From NCBI RefSeq assembly GCF_009914755.1, contig NC_060925.1: 64,000 nt of DNA; one strand, written 5' to 3'. The notes beneath the pieces are model-generated. The model made no database searches. It was not told where the DNA came from and was given only the letters and a program-made list of their open reading frames with translations. Every line of letters begins with the position of its first letter. Position 1 is the first letter of the stretch. This document shows positions 62,901-64,000 of this stretch, piece by piece. The DNA is from the human T2T-CHM13v2.0 reference genome, Homo sapiens. Both the position numbers and the translations under genes were made by a program.

Positions 62901-62905
<5 letters not shown>
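62765..62905 (-). mobile_element. MLT1A/B LTR, 3' half (inverted relative to the 5' half)
   Basis: Minus strand reads aaagactcagggagaagatggcc..gcaaactaatacg then gtaag (62760-62764). Confidence 0.85.
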
Positions 62906-62950
<45 letters not shown>

Positions 62951-62970
62951 CTGGAGCTTACTTATCATGA

Positions 62971-64000
<1,030 letters not shown>

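Overview
Human (or at least hominin) genomic DNA that is intronic or intergenic, AT-rich and dominated by transposon fossils (L1, Alu, L2, MIR, MaLR/ERVL LTRs, Tigger/Charlie DNA transposons). No cellular protein-coding exon was recognised. All long ORFs are L1 ORF1/ORF2 remnants, and the short ORFs are Alu, LTR or chance frames. I found no evidence of a new gene system. The interesting signals are structural: (1) a human-specific L1HS-Ta insertion (24163-26866) carrying a perfect TSD, a twin-priming 5' inversion and a ~105-bp 3' transduction with its own AATAAA; (2) a ~250-bp inverted duplication of ~90% identity flanking a 1.2-kb spacer (35699-37414); (3) a fossil genomic inversion revealed by one MLT1 LTR whose two halves and 5-bp TSDs face opposite directions (61922-62905); (4) an L1PA2-like element with a double poly(A) tail; (5) a tailless 37-nt U3 snoRNA retrocopy with TSD; and (6) an ancient, probably twin-primed L1MA. 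Repeat subfamily names come from recall of consensus sequences and old-repeat boundaries are approximate.
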